Of a stretch of DNA of 64,000 nt, positions 44,657 to 54,418 are shown in pieces. The notes under the pieces are model-generated. The model was not told where the DNA came from. It saw only the letters and a program-made list of their open reading frames with translations, and did not search any database. The first letter of the stretch is position 1. Every line of letters starts with the position of its first letter. Source of the DNA: a virus. Position numbers and translations under genes: made by a program. The stretch is from IMG/VR virus record IMGVR_UViG_3300047444_000577, positions 1 to 64,000 of that record; one strand, given 5' to 3'.

Positions 44657-47600
44657 TAACTCTTTCCTGACGCGATGAGGTTGATCCGCTTGTCCTCGGC
44701 GAGTGCCCGCATGAACTGGCTCGCCGCGTCACGGGCTGACTGCTGGTCCATCACGCCCTGCACCTGCACAGTGATCGCGCCAGGGTGGAAGTTGAGCGTC
44801 GCCGCTCCGCCCTTCGCACCCGCGCCACCGATCCCACCGACGATCGGCGAGTTGCTGGCCAGCGCCTTGCGGAACGCCTCGGCCTGGTACTGGGGCAGGA
44901 TCATCTCGCCCTTGTGGACCCGCGCCGTCTGGTCGACGTCGATGTTCGTCGAGCCCACCGCGTAACCCTTGTAGGCACCGCCGTTGGACACGGACCTCAC
45001 GCCGGGGATGTTGGCCAGCGAACCGTAGCGACTCTCCCCGTAGCGGACACCAGCGATGATGTTGTCGACCGGGTTCCAGATGTTCTTGTGACCAGCGATG
45101 GACCACTGACTGAACGTCGAGTCGATCGTCTGCATGACACCCTTGGAGGGGTGCCCCGCCTTGGCGTTGGAGTCCCAGTTGTTCTGAGCCCTCGGGTTTC
45201 CACCGGACTCGCCCATGGCGATCGTGTTGACGAACGCCTCATTCTGCGGGGTGTCCTGGTGCAGGATCCCCAGGGCGGTGGAGATCCAGTTCTTCAGCGA
45301 CCCGGACGGCATCGCACCGGCCGCCTGGCTACCGTTGCTGGTGGTCTTGGTCGTGCCCTGATGCGCACCGACACCGGAGCCGACGCTGGCCGAGCCGATG
45401 GAGGAGATACCGGCCGCAATCGCGTTGACCTCCTCCGTGGACCCGTAAGAACCCGTGTCACCGCCAAAGCCCATGGAGGACAGCCGGTTGGACTTCGACC
45501 CCGCCGTGTCGCTGTTGCTGTTGGTCTGGTCGCCCATGCTTCCGACCGACCCCAGGATCCGCCGAGCGTTGGTGAACTCGCCCGGGGAGAAGGAGCGGAT
45601 GCGCACGGTAGCACCCGTGTGCGGAGCCTCCAGGCACTTCCCGTTGCCCACGCACATGACGACGTGGTGGGCCGGATTGCCCACGAACATCAGGTCTCCC
45701 GCGCGCACAGCGTTGAGAGGCACCTCAGTGCCAACGCCCTGCTGCTGCGCGGCCGTACGGGGCAGAGAGACACCGATCTGCTTGAAGATGTACTGAGTCA
45801 GGCCAGAGCAGTCGAAGGACGACTGAGGAGAGTTGCCACCCCACTTGTAGGGCATCCCGAGGAACCTCTTGCCGATCGAGATGACCGCCGACGCGGTCTT
45901 ACCCGCGCCCTGCGTTCCCGTAGCCACAGAAGCCCCTCCAGCACCCGTGGCGGTACCGCCAGAGGCACCACCGGGGTTACCGTCACCGGAGGCGTTCGAA
46001 GGGTGCGACCGGTCCCACTGCAGACCGAGCGCCTTGAGTTCGGCAGCCTTCTGCGCCTTCGTCGCATGGGTGTGGTCCTTCTGCCCGTGAAGACCGAAGA
46101 GCCAGTCCGCCATACTCGCGTCCAGGAAGGACTTCTTGCTCTTGGTCAGGTCCCCGCTGTGCGACTTATCCAGGGTGCGCGCGGTGGTGCCACCCGCAGC
46201 CGAAGCCGCCAGCGCGGCCCACCCCACCGGACCCGCCGCAATGGCAGCGCTCTCCCCCGCGACCGCCGTGCCGGTGACGGCAACACCCTCACTCGCAGCA
46301 GTGGCCGCCGACGCTGCCGACCGGGCGGTACGCAACCTGCCCAGTGCCCCGATGCCCCGCACCGCACCGTACGCACCCAGGCCCGAGGACAGGCTGGACC
46401 CAACGAGCGAACCCGCCCCACCGGAGAACCCCAGCGCACTGTTCGCACCCGTGGCATTGAGCACGCCCTGCAGCGCGGTGGAGAAGTCATCCAGGTACTT
46501 CGTCGCCGTCTGCAGACCAGACGTGAAGGAGTCGTTGATGTTGACGTCCTGGTTGCGCAACGTCCCGGCACGAGTCTGCAGGGTGTTGGCGGTCGAACCA
46601 CCGATCTGCCACTTGTTCAACTGGTTCAACGCGCTCTTGGAACCTGCGTCAGCCTTGTTGGCCACACTGGTGTACGCCGTCGCCGAGGAGCCGTGAGTCT
46701 GCGCCAGCAGCATCCCGCGCAGCTCGCCCTTGACCAGTTGGACGGTATTGGGATCCAGGCCCCACGAATTGATCGACTGGTTCAGGCCCGACGCGGGGTC
46801 ATCCAGCGTCGACGACAACTGCTGCGCGTTCTTGACGTTCTTCAACTGCGGGAACTGCCGGTAGATCTGCTGGGCAACCTGCCGGGGCGTCTGCTTCTGG
46901 CCGCCGACGATGGTGCTGATACCCATCCCGCGCAGCATGTTGTACGAACCGGCCTGCCACAGGGACGCACTGCCCGCAGCCCGCTGCGCCTGCGACATAC
47001 CCGGGTTCATGTACCCCGAGGTACCGGTGACGTAGTTCCACTGGGTGTTGAACCCCGGGGTGTTGCCCGACAGGCCCTGCCCGGCCAGCGTCCCATAGGC
47101 CGACGCGGCGTCCGTGGTGGACTGGGCTGTGTAGTTGTTACGAAACGCCTGATTGCGCAGCGCCTGCCACGACGAAGCGGAACCCTGGGCAGCCTGGTAG
47201 GCGGTGGTCTGCATGACCACCTGGTCCGGCAGCTTCTGCTGCCCCCAACTCACCAGGGTCGAGGCAGCGCCTCCCAGGCCGTACGACCTTCCCTGGTTGG
47301 CGCGACCACGACCGCCCCAACCACCGTTGTTGGCCCCGCCACCACCCTGCGAGCCCCCTGTGAAGGAGGACCCACCACCGTTGGGCGTACCGGAATTACG
47401 CGAGCCCCGGGAACGAGTCGGCGCGGTCGACGGAGCATCCGCACCACCATTCGACCGACCGTGCCCGTAGTTGCTGCTCCCATTCCACACGTCGTTGGCC
47501 AGCAGCCCGAAACCACGAGCCCTCGACATCTGCCCGACGCCAGAAGAGACGCCCTGCAGACCCCTGGTCAGGTCATTGATGGTACGGGTAAGGGACGAGA

Positions 47601-47667
47601 TCGCATCCTGGGCCTTGTTAACCCCGAGGATCGGTCCCGCCCCTGCCGTCGTGCTTTCATCCGCCAT
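44656..47667 (-). CDS. Tape measure protein with NlpC/P60 and lytic transglycosylase domains
   Basis: 1003 aa; PYKWGG..FDCSGL..HHV (NlpC/P60); ESGGNPRAQNNWDSNA...GVMQ (SLT). Confidence 0.85.
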   Translation of the reverse strand: MADESTTAGAGPILGVNKAQDAISSLTRTINDLTRGLQGVSSGVGQMSRARGFGLLANDVWNGSSNYGHGRSNGGADAPSTAPTRSRGSRNSGTPNGGGSSFTGGSQGGGGANNGGWGGRGRANQGRSYGLGGAASTLVSWGQQKLPDQVVMQTTAYQAAQGSASSWQALRNQAFRNNYTAQSTTDAASAYGTLAGQGLSGNTPGFNTQWNYVTGTSGYMNPGMSQAQRAAGSASLWQAGSYNMLRGMGISTIVGGQKQTPRQVAQQIYRQFPQLKNVKNAQQLSSTLDDPASGLNQSINSWGLDPNTVQLVKGELRGMLLAQTHGSSATAYTSVANKADAGSKSALNQLNKWQIGGSTANTLQTRAGTLRNQDVNINDSFTSGLQTATKYLDDFSTALQGVLNATGANSALGFSGGAGSLVGSSLSSGLGAYGAVRGIGALGRLRTARSAASAATAASEGVAVTGTAVAGESAAIAAGPVGWAALAASAAGGTTARTLDKSHSGDLTKSKKSFLDASMADWLFGLHGQKDHTHATKAQKAAELKALGLQWDRSHPSNASGDGNPGGASGGTATGAGGASVATGTQGAGKTASAVISIGKRFLGMPYKWGGNSPQSSFDCSGLTQYIFKQIGVSLPRTAAQQQGVGTEVPLNAVRAGDLMFVGNPAHHVVMCVGNGKCLEAPHTGATVRIRSFSPGEFTNARRILGSVGSMGDQTNSNSDTAGSKSNRLSSMGFGGDTGSYGSTEEVNAIAAGISSIGSASVGSGVGAHQGTTKTTSNGSQAAGAMPSGSLKNWISTALGILHQDTPQNEAFVNTIAMGESGGNPRAQNNWDSNAKAGHPSKGVMQTIDSTFSQWSIAGHKNIWNPVDNIIAGVRYGESRYGSLANIPGVRSVSNGGAYKGYAVGSTNIDVDQTARVHKGEMILPQYQAEAFRKALASNSPIVGGIGGAGAKGGAATLNFHPGAITVQVQGVMDQQSARDAASQFMRALAEDKRINLIASGKS

Positions 47668-47833
47668 TTTCAGCCTCAGCCACTCGCCTATTTCGCTGCG
47701 CCCTGAACCATTCCACCCAGTGCAGACGCTCGCGCACGGACAACCGGCGTATTTCGCTGAGGCTCCATGCCGGGCTCAGTTCCACTAGTTGCTCGTATTC
47801 GAAATACGTGTCGTGGTAGTTACAGGCCCTGAA
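47657..47833 (-). CDS. Tail assembly chaperone, C-terminal (frameshifted) part
   Basis: +1 frame relative to 47820-48686; WSLSEIRRLSVRERLHW is typical of a second chaperone frame; no obvious RBS/ATG of its own. Confidence 0.6.
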   Translation of the reverse strand, partial: FRACNYHDTYFEYEQLVELSPAWSLSEIRRLSVRERLHWVEWFRAQRNRRVAEAENGG

Positions 47834-48686
47834 ACAGATCCCCCGCACTGATGTACAAGGGGACCTCCTTACCGCACGCTTCATGCGTGAACTTGATGTC
47901 ATTGTACTGAGGGCCGGGTTGCTTTTGCTCAATGGCATCCAGGATCGACCGGCGGTCGACGATCCCCAGAGAGCGCGCGAATTCAGCATTGCTGCTGACT
48001 GCCGTCTCGGTGCCATTTGCCGTGACGACGGATATCAGACACCGGGAAAGCAGAAGGGTGTCCTGCTCGGACGCGGTGGTGCGCTCGGCGACAGCCAGTA
48101 CAGCGTCCTGGTCCGAGCCGACGGGGAGCCGGACGAACGCCTTTCTTCCGTTGCGCAGGGGCACCTCGAAGATGCGCTGGGAGGGGTCGTCCATGCGGCG
48201 CACGGGGATCTCGTCGAGCGTGACCGACAGCCGGAACTCCTCGCCGCAGTGCATGCAGGAGAACTTGTCCCAGACGATCTCGTCGCCGAAGGTGGCGCGC
48301 CGGATCTCCAAGAGCAGGTTGTCCCGGTCGCCGAGCAAGAGGTTGCTGAGCACGGACTGGCTGGCCTGCTGATCGCCGATCGAGACAGTCCCGCAGGCCA
48401 GGAGCGTGGAGACGAACTTACCCAAACCGGCCTGCCTGGCCTTGGCGATGGCTTCCTCGTCTGCGCCGGTCAGTTCGCGAACCTCGGCGTCGTACCGAAC
48501 TGAGGCGAAGTCCCCACCCGAGACGTAGCCTCCCGGCAGGCGGAAACTGCCACCTGCCGGGAGGGGGATCTCGGGCTTGACGACCTGTCCCTCCCCGTTC
48601 TGCATCGCCGCCGAAATAGCGGCATTGGCGAGACCGGGGTTCATGAGGGGGTTGGTGTACCCCCCGGTATGAAGGTCGTTAGCCAC
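47820..48686 (-). CDS. Tail assembly chaperone / gp26-like protein
   Basis: VRELTGADEEAI, GDRD.LLL.IRRATFG, CMHCG; lies between tube and tape measure genes. Confidence 0.75.
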   Translation of the reverse strand: MANDLHTGGYTNPLMNPGLANAAISAAMQNGEGQVVKPEIPLPAGGSFRLPGGYVSGGDFASVRYDAEVRELTGADEEAIAKARQAGLGKFVSTLLACGTVSIGDQQASQSVLSNLLLGDRDNLLLEIRRATFGDEIVWDKFSCMHCGEEFRLSVTLDEIPVRRMDDPSQRIFEVPLRNGRKAFVRLPVGSDQDAVLAVAERTTASEQDTLLLSRCLISVVTANGTETAVSSNAEFARSLGIVDRRSILDAIEQKQPGPQYNDIKFTHEACGKEVPLYISAGDLFQGL

Positions 48687-48723
48687 GGATAGTGCTCCTA
48701 ATCGTGTCGTGTTTCGGCGCTAG

Positions 48724-49566
48724 TTAGAAACTAACGTCTTGCGTTCCCGTACTGGTAGCCAGGGCGAACTCGAACCCTTCGTGGGCCAGGGTCATCTGCT
48801 GGACGATGATCGCGTTGGCTCCGGCGTCGAGGTCGGACCAGGCTATTGCGGTCGGCCACGCGTTCCAGACGCGGAACGAGGCCTTGACCGGCGGGTTCGG
48901 AACGGTGACCGGGAAATCCAGGACGTTGATGGTGACCATCTGCCGGAACTCCGCACCGGGCTTGCCAGTTCCCGTTCCCTGGATGACGGTGAACAACTGC
49001 CGCATCCAGTCCATCATCTGCGTGTCGCCGATCGCCATGCCCTTGGACAGGGTGATCGGAGCGAAGTCGGACTGACCCATTCTGTTACCCCTCCGATTCC
49101 TCGGAGTGGGCCGATCATTTCTGTCGGCCTCTTACGCTCTCGCGCAAGATCGGAACTATATCTTGATCCCGGAGGGATCTCCCGTACATAGTCTCTGAAC
49201 CTTCCCCATTTGACAGGGGCTCGGCTGCTGATTTTCCCTACCCTGATCTTTTCGAACCATCACGCCTAGGCTTTCGCCTTACGTTGTGGTGACCAGGTCT
49301 AACAGGACGTTCCAGCAATTCTCGGGATTATCCTGCGCAACTTACGCTGCGAGGGCCCAATCGCTCATAGGCATCTTCTGCGTGGTCGTATTCATACCGC
49401 CTTCGCGGTATGGAATGACCTCGGTCGTGACGTTGAGGCCGGACACGGACATGAAGCCCATGCGGGCGAAGCCCTTGATGTCCGGGTGCTGGATCTGCAC
49501 CTGGAACTTGAAGTTGCGGAGGGGGTCCGTGGCGATGTGCCCCACGGACGGCGTGACCTTGGCCAT
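48724..49566 (-). CDS. Tail tube protein (T4 gp19-like), spliced: join(49369..49566, 48724..49077), 183 aa
   Basis: Exon 1 DPLRNFKF...GF..VSGL...YREGGMNTTTQKMP joins in frame to exon 2 GQSDFAPITLSKG...NAWP..DLDA...LAHEG. Confidence 0.9.
49078..49368 (-). ncRNA. Group I intron (291 nt, ORF-less) in tail tube gene
   Basis: 5' exon ends in U (CCU|); intron ends in G. P AAUUGCUGGAA, Q AAUCAGCAG, R GUUCAGAGACUA, S AAGAUAUAGUUCC. P1 GCCU/GGGC; P10 GAUU/GGUC. Confidence 0.93.
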
Positions 49567-49578
49567 GGTTTCTTCTCC

Positions 49579-51117
49579 TTACGAGGTGGACGTGGCGGTG
49601 CTGGACGCGCCGCTGTACTGGCCGACCTCGATGACGATGTACTCGGCGGGGTTGAGCAGGGCGACGCCGACCTGGACGTTGACCTGGCCGTTCTGCACGG
49701 AGGTCGGCGTGTTGTTGGTCGCGTCGCAGATCACGAAGAAGGCCTGGCTCGGGGTCGACCCGGACAGCACGCCTATCTGCAGGAGCGTCATCAGGTACTG
49801 GGTGACGACTGCCGAGACCTGGGACCAGAGGATCTCGTCGTTGGGCTCGAACACCGCGAAAGCCGTGGTGTCGACCAGCCCCTTCTCGATCATCATCAGA
49901 GAGCGCCGGATGGACACGTAGCGGTCCGGCATGCCAGCCGACAGGGTCCGTGCGCCGTAGATGACGAACCCCACCCCCGGGAGGCTCTTGATGACGTTGA
50001 CGCCCGCCACGTTCAGGGAGTCCTGGTCGGTGGAGGAGAACCGGAACTGCAGGTCGAGAACACCCCGCAAGGCCGTGTCGGGACCGGCCGGAGGCTTCTG
50101 CACACCACGCGAGGCGTCGGTGCGCGCGTACTGGCCCAGCACCGCTCCGCCTGGGGGCAGCAGCCTGGCGCTGCCGTTGGCCAGCGTGGCGGGGTCGTTG
50201 ACGATCAGCCACGGCCCGTAGATGGCCACGTGCGAGGAAGACGTCAGTGAACCCGCGCCGGTCGCCTGACCTAGCAGGGTGACAGTGTAGGAGGCCTCGG
50301 TGTCCGACGAGGAAGCCTTCGCCCCGTCCACGACCACGAACACGTTGCCCTGGGCCTCAGCCCAGGCGATGACAGCGTTCAGGTTGGTCGAGTCGGTGAC
50401 GCCGGGGAGGTTGAGAACCAGGTTGTCCGTCAGCACACTCAGGCGCTCGGTCGCGGCAACCAGGTCCACCGAAGCGGTTCCCTCGGTGCCACCGATCAGC
50501 GGCGTACCGGTCTGCACGGCCGGGGCGTGGGTGGCGTCCCACGCTGTGGTCAGGAGCGACTGGATCTGGATGTACGCCGAGCCCGTCACCGGACTGTTGA
50601 TCAGCGCGGTCGCGTTGCGGGAGTCGGCCGGGTCCAGGGAGACGTCGGTGAAGCGCTCCTTTGCGAACGCGCTGGAGGTACCGCCGACGTAGACGACCAG
50701 GTCGAAGCGACCGGCCCCCGCAGCACTGGCGACGACGTCGAGGAAGATCTCGTTGCCCCACGTCCCCGGGGAGATCGCGGAGACCTTGAGGGTGCCCTCT
50801 GGGGTGGTCTCGGTGTCCATCAGGGTGACGGTGGCCGTGGCTGCGTCCGAGGCAGCCGCGCGCACCACGTAGCAGCCGCTGCCACCATTGTTGAAGTACT
50901 GGTAGACCGCGAACGGCAACAGGTCAGACGTGTCTCCGAAGCCGCCGTAGATGGACACGTACTGGGAGAAGGAGGACACCAGGGTCGGTGCCAGTGGCCC
51001 GCCCTGCTTGCAGGTGCCGACGAACGCGGCGCTGGACGCACCGGGAGTCGTCGCGGCCTGCGCGAGAGGGGTCAGCGTCTCGTTCAGGTAGACGCCTGGC
51101 CGCTTGTAAACGGTCAT
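49579..51117 (-). CDS. Contractile tail sheath protein
   Basis: YKRPGVY, YFNNGG..CYVVR, YGPW, GARTL...YVSIRR, FEPND. Confidence 0.95.
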   Translation of the reverse strand: MTVYKRPGVYLNETLTPLAQAATTPGASSAAFVGTCKQGGPLAPTLVSSFSQYVSIYGGFGDTSDLLPFAVYQYFNNGGSGCYVVRAAASDAATATVTLMDTETTPEGTLKVSAISPGTWGNEIFLDVVASAAGAGRFDLVVYVGGTSSAFAKERFTDVSLDPADSRNATALINSPVTGSAYIQIQSLLTTAWDATHAPAVQTGTPLIGGTEGTASVDLVAATERLSVLTDNLVLNLPGVTDSTNLNAVIAWAEAQGNVFVVVDGAKASSSDTEASYTVTLLGQATGAGSLTSSSHVAIYGPWLIVNDPATLANGSARLLPPGGAVLGQYARTDASRGVQKPPAGPDTALRGVLDLQFRFSSTDQDSLNVAGVNVIKSLPGVGFVIYGARTLSAGMPDRYVSIRRSLMMIEKGLVDTTAFAVFEPNDEILWSQVSAVVTQYLMTLLQIGVLSGSTPSQAFFVICDATNNTPTSVQNGQVNVQVGVALLNPAEYIVIEVGQYSGASSTATSTS

Positions 51118-51151
51118 GGATGCTCTTTCCTACTGTGAGAAATTCCTGGGG

Positions 51152-51808
51152 TTACGAATTCGATTCCAGGTAGGCAGTACCAGATACGTTGTCCGTGTAG
51201 TACTCGTGGGTCAGATGGACGGTCTGGACCGCCCCATAGGCGACAGCCGTTTCGGGGAGCATTTCGCTGGCCACGGAGATCAGGTATTCCCGACGGAACA
51301 ACCGCTTGCCGTCGCTGTCCCGGGTACTAACCACCTCGGGGCCGCCGAGAAGGTCGAGCGTGCGGACCGTCCCGTCCTCCGGAATTTCCAGGAAACCGAA
51401 TCGCGCAGGAATGTAGATTCGCTGCGCGAGCGTGGCTGCCAGGGAAATGTCGTGCCAGGATTCGCGGGTGTACACGAGGATCCGATAGCGGAGGTTGTAC
51501 GGGACGGGGTAGTCCATCTGGTACGGCGACTTCGTCACGTCCCACCCGCTGGCGGCGGGATCCCACCAGGTCGTAGCCCCCTCGGGGGCGTACGGGAGGT
51601 ACGTCTGGCCACGGTGCTCGCGGTCGTCGGCCTTCTCGATCCCAGCGTGCTCGATGACGATCAGCGGAAATGTCTGCTGAGCCAATTCCGATTCGGGCAC
51701 GCGATAGCGCACCGCGACGGGACGTCCCTCGGGTGCGTTTGCGTCGGTGACTGTGAGACCGGTGAGTTTCACCTTGACGGCGCGGTCCTCATTGATGAGC
51801 CACGGCAT
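51152..51808 (-). CDS. Tail completion/terminator-like protein
   Basis: Position upstream of the sheath; PVPYNLRY.I..Y.R pattern. Confidence 0.6.
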   Translation of the reverse strand: MPWLINEDRAVKVKLTGLTVTDANAPEGRPVAVRYRVPESELAQQTFPLIVIEHAGIEKADDREHRGQTYLPYAPEGATTWWDPAASGWDVTKSPYQMDYPVPYNLRYRILVYTRESWHDISLAATLAQRIYIPARFGFLEIPEDGTVRTLDLLGGPEVVSTRDSDGKRLFRREYLISVASEMLPETAVAYGAVQTVHLTHEYYTDNVSGTAYLESNS

Positions 51809-51900
51809 ACTTGTCGGCCTCGCTCGGGAAACTGATCGGCTGGTTTGTCCAGCTCAATTAGGATCTCAAGAAGGCCGACCAAGTTTGTAAGCCGCTTGTG

Positions 51901-53841
51901 CTAGACGGGGTACCAGACACCGCCGATGGACGACAGCGTCACATGCTGCCCGGGGGTATTCAGCACATACGTGCCCACCGTTCCCCCGATGGTTTCGCCG
52001 GACGCCGCATTGAGGGTGACCGTATTGGCGGTCGCGTCCTTCTTGACCACCCGGTATTCCATCGGAGCCGACACGGCCGTAGGAACACTGACAGTCAGGT
52101 TCCCTCCGGAGGCGTCCACCCCCAGCGTCCGGTCGATCGCGTTGAGCGTGGCAGCGGCGTTGGTGGTGCGGGTGCTGTTGGGCAGCTTCCCGTTGGTCTG
52201 CAGCATCCCGCAGGCCGGGTAGGTCAGGTTGAACAGACTCGGATCGAACATACCGAACCAAGTGACATGCCCCAGTGCGGCAGCCATCGTCCCGGCGGAG
52301 TCGGCGTCGATCGTGGGGTTGGCTGACTCCGTGTCCAGGACGCCGACGGTGAGGAAGGGGCCATAACCCTCGGATCCCTGTCCGCGCAGGTAGATCTGAC
52401 GAGAACACGCCTCAATGCTGGCGTGGTTGACGACGATGCCGTGGGTGGCCCCCACACTCCCCCAGTAGGTGCCCTCCGCCACCAGCCCCGCCCAGTGGTA
52501 CAGCAGCCTGATGGAGGTGACGTACGTGTGCTCGGTGGCCCACAGTCCATAGGTGAAGCCACTGATCGTGACGTCGTCGACCATGCAGCGGTCGTTGTTG
52601 CCCGAAGCGGGCATCAGCACACCCGCGCACAGCCCCGTGCCCAGCAGGCTGGAGTTGGCGAAGTCGTTACCTGCCACCGTGCCGGTGGTGCCGATACCGA
52701 CACGCCGCAGGCCCAGGTTGGCGATACCCCGGCCGTCGATGCCGGAAGGGTGCAGACCATACGTGGTGTGCGGGACCAGGATCGTGATGTCCTCGAAGTC
52801 CACCGCGAGGTTGGAGAACACGCCAGGTGCCTGCCCGTACCCGTTCGTCGGGGTGGGACCACCGATCACGGATATGTATCCGTTGGCGTTGATCGCAGTG
52901 CTCTGCGCACCGGGGCCGGAGAACGGGGGGAGGAACGACACCAGGGTGGAGCCGCTGAACTGCGGGACGGTCGCGTTCCAGTGGGGGACGGCGCAGCCAA
53001 TGCCGAAGCCCTTCCAGCGCAGAGCGTTCTTGTCGAGCGTGTCCAGGTTGTTCGGCAGCGTGATCTGCGCGTTGCCCTTGGTGGTGCCTCCCGTCACCGG
53101 CTGGCCGTCGATGCCGTAGAACTGGCCTCCTGTGGGGGGCGGTACCAGGATCGTGGCAGTCTTGGAGTTGGCCACGGCCCAGGCGTAAGCGGCGTCAGCG
53201 CAATTCTGGAAGGCCGCGCGGTCGCCCGTTGCGATCAGCACCCGAGCACCGGTCACGGTCACCGCCGCGCTGAGGGAAAGCGTGACGGATGAGGGACTGA
53301 TGTACTGGGTGATCTGCGCGACGTGGGAGACGACACCCACCCCGGCAGCACCGTGGACGATGACCCACTGGTTGACCGACTGCGGCGTGAAGGGGGCGCT
53401 ACTGGGGAGGTTGAGTACGTTGGTCAGAGAGTTGATGCCCGCGTCCATGTAGATGCGGCCATCACCCTTGGCCCCGTAGTCCAGGACGCTGAACTCCCAG
53501 GGCCGGATCTTGGAGTACCTGGTCGCCGCGTCCGCCTTGGCCGCAGCGATGTCGGCCAGTTCCTGGGTGCCATCGACCTTGCTGCTAGCCAAGCCTGAGA
53601 CAGTGGTGTGAAGCCCCGCCAGGTCAGCAGCCGTGGTGTTGTGACTGCTCTGCAGAGCAGCGACGTCAGCGGCTTCCTGCGTTGTGTCTATCTTGCTGGT
53701 GGCCAGGCCGGTCACCGTCGTATGAAGCCCGGCGAGGTCGGCGGCCGTGGCGATCTCGTTGTTGTCCAGGGTGGTCAGGTCGGCGTTCAGCGCGACGTCC
53801 CAGCCGGTGGAGCCCTTCGCGGGCAGCGACACATTGCTCAT
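51901..53841 (-). CDS. Tailspike/fibre with pectate-lyase-like beta-helix
   Basis: ATG at 53841; SVLDYGAKGDG...DRAAFQ..D cap motif; tandem N-terminal helical repeat. Confidence 0.7.
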   Translation of the reverse strand: MSNVSLPAKGSTGWDVALNADLTTLDNNEIATAADLAGLHTTVTGLATSKIDTTQEAADVAALQSSHNTTAADLAGLHTTVSGLASSKVDGTQELADIAAAKADAATRYSKIRPWEFSVLDYGAKGDGRIYMDAGINSLTNVLNLPSSAPFTPQSVNQWVIVHGAAGVGVVSHVAQITQYISPSSVTLSLSAAVTVTGARVLIATGDRAAFQNCADAAYAWAVANSKTATILVPPPTGGQFYGIDGQPVTGGTTKGNAQITLPNNLDTLDKNALRWKGFGIGCAVPHWNATVPQFSGSTLVSFLPPFSGPGAQSTAINANGYISVIGGPTPTNGYGQAPGVFSNLAVDFEDITILVPHTTYGLHPSGIDGRGIANLGLRRVGIGTTGTVAGNDFANSSLLGTGLCAGVLMPASGNNDRCMVDDVTISGFTYGLWATEHTYVTSIRLLYHWAGLVAEGTYWGSVGATHGIVVNHASIEACSRQIYLRGQGSEGYGPFLTVGVLDTESANPTIDADSAGTMAAALGHVTWFGMFDPSLFNLTYPACGMLQTNGKLPNSTRTTNAAATLNAIDRTLGVDASGGNLTVSVPTAVSAPMEYRVVKKDATANTVTLNAASGETIGGTVGTYVLNTPGQHVTLSSIGGVWYPV

Positions 53842-53843
53842 GC

Positions 53844-54413
53844 TCAAACTCCGTAGGGGGTGACGCCGTAGCCGCCGTTGCCGTAACCGCTGGGGGGTAC
53901 CGGCTGCGACCAGTGTGCGAACTGTGTGTCGTTGACCAGCTCGTCCGCCTTCAACTGGACGCACTCCAGGCCGACGATGATGTCCCGGTTCTTGATCTGT
54001 CCGAGGATGGCGGCCGACTCCACCCGGAAGACCTTGGTGTCGTAGACGATGCGGTCCGTCAGGTACCTCTGGTTGTCGATGTCCAGGTCGGTGAACCCCA
54101 TCCGGCGAAGAGCGTCGAAACTGCACGTGACGTGCAGGTTGTTCACCGTGTACAGGCCCTGTGTCGTGTCGTCCGCCGGACTCTGACTGTGGGCCACGTG
54201 CAGGGCCGGAACGCGGAACGGTCCGTGGAAGACCTTCCCGGCCCCAGTGCCTTCGTCGTACAGGTCATCGCCCAGCGCGTCGGCGTAGGCGAAGCGGTAG
54301 TAGTCGATGCGCTCTCCGACCTCGGTCTGACGACCGCGAAGCGCACCCATGATGTGGGTGGTCTCGAAGTCGACGTTGAACCGGCCGTGCGTCTTCCAAT
54401 CCATGCGGCCCAC
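53844..54413 (-). CDS. Head closure/neck protein
   Basis: Position and size; DRIVYD.KVFRV. Confidence 0.6.
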   Translation of the reverse strand: MGRMDWKTHGRFNVDFETTHIMGALRGRQTEVGERIDYYRFAYADALGDDLYDEGTGAGKVFHGPFRVPALHVAHSQSPADDTTQGLYTVNNLHVTCSFDALRRMGFTDLDIDNQRYLTDRIVYDTKVFRVESAAILGQIKNRDIIVGLECVQLKADELVNDTQFAHWSQPVPPSGYGNGGYGVTPYGV

Positions 54414-54418
54414 TCAGA

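Noticed and set aside
44785-47706. Long plus-strand ORFs (e.g. 44785-47706, 20138-22093, 62069-63973, 25127-26857, 38033-39640)
   Set aside because: They are antisense shadows of well-supported minus-strand genes, expected from high GC3 codon bias, and have no recognisable motifs.
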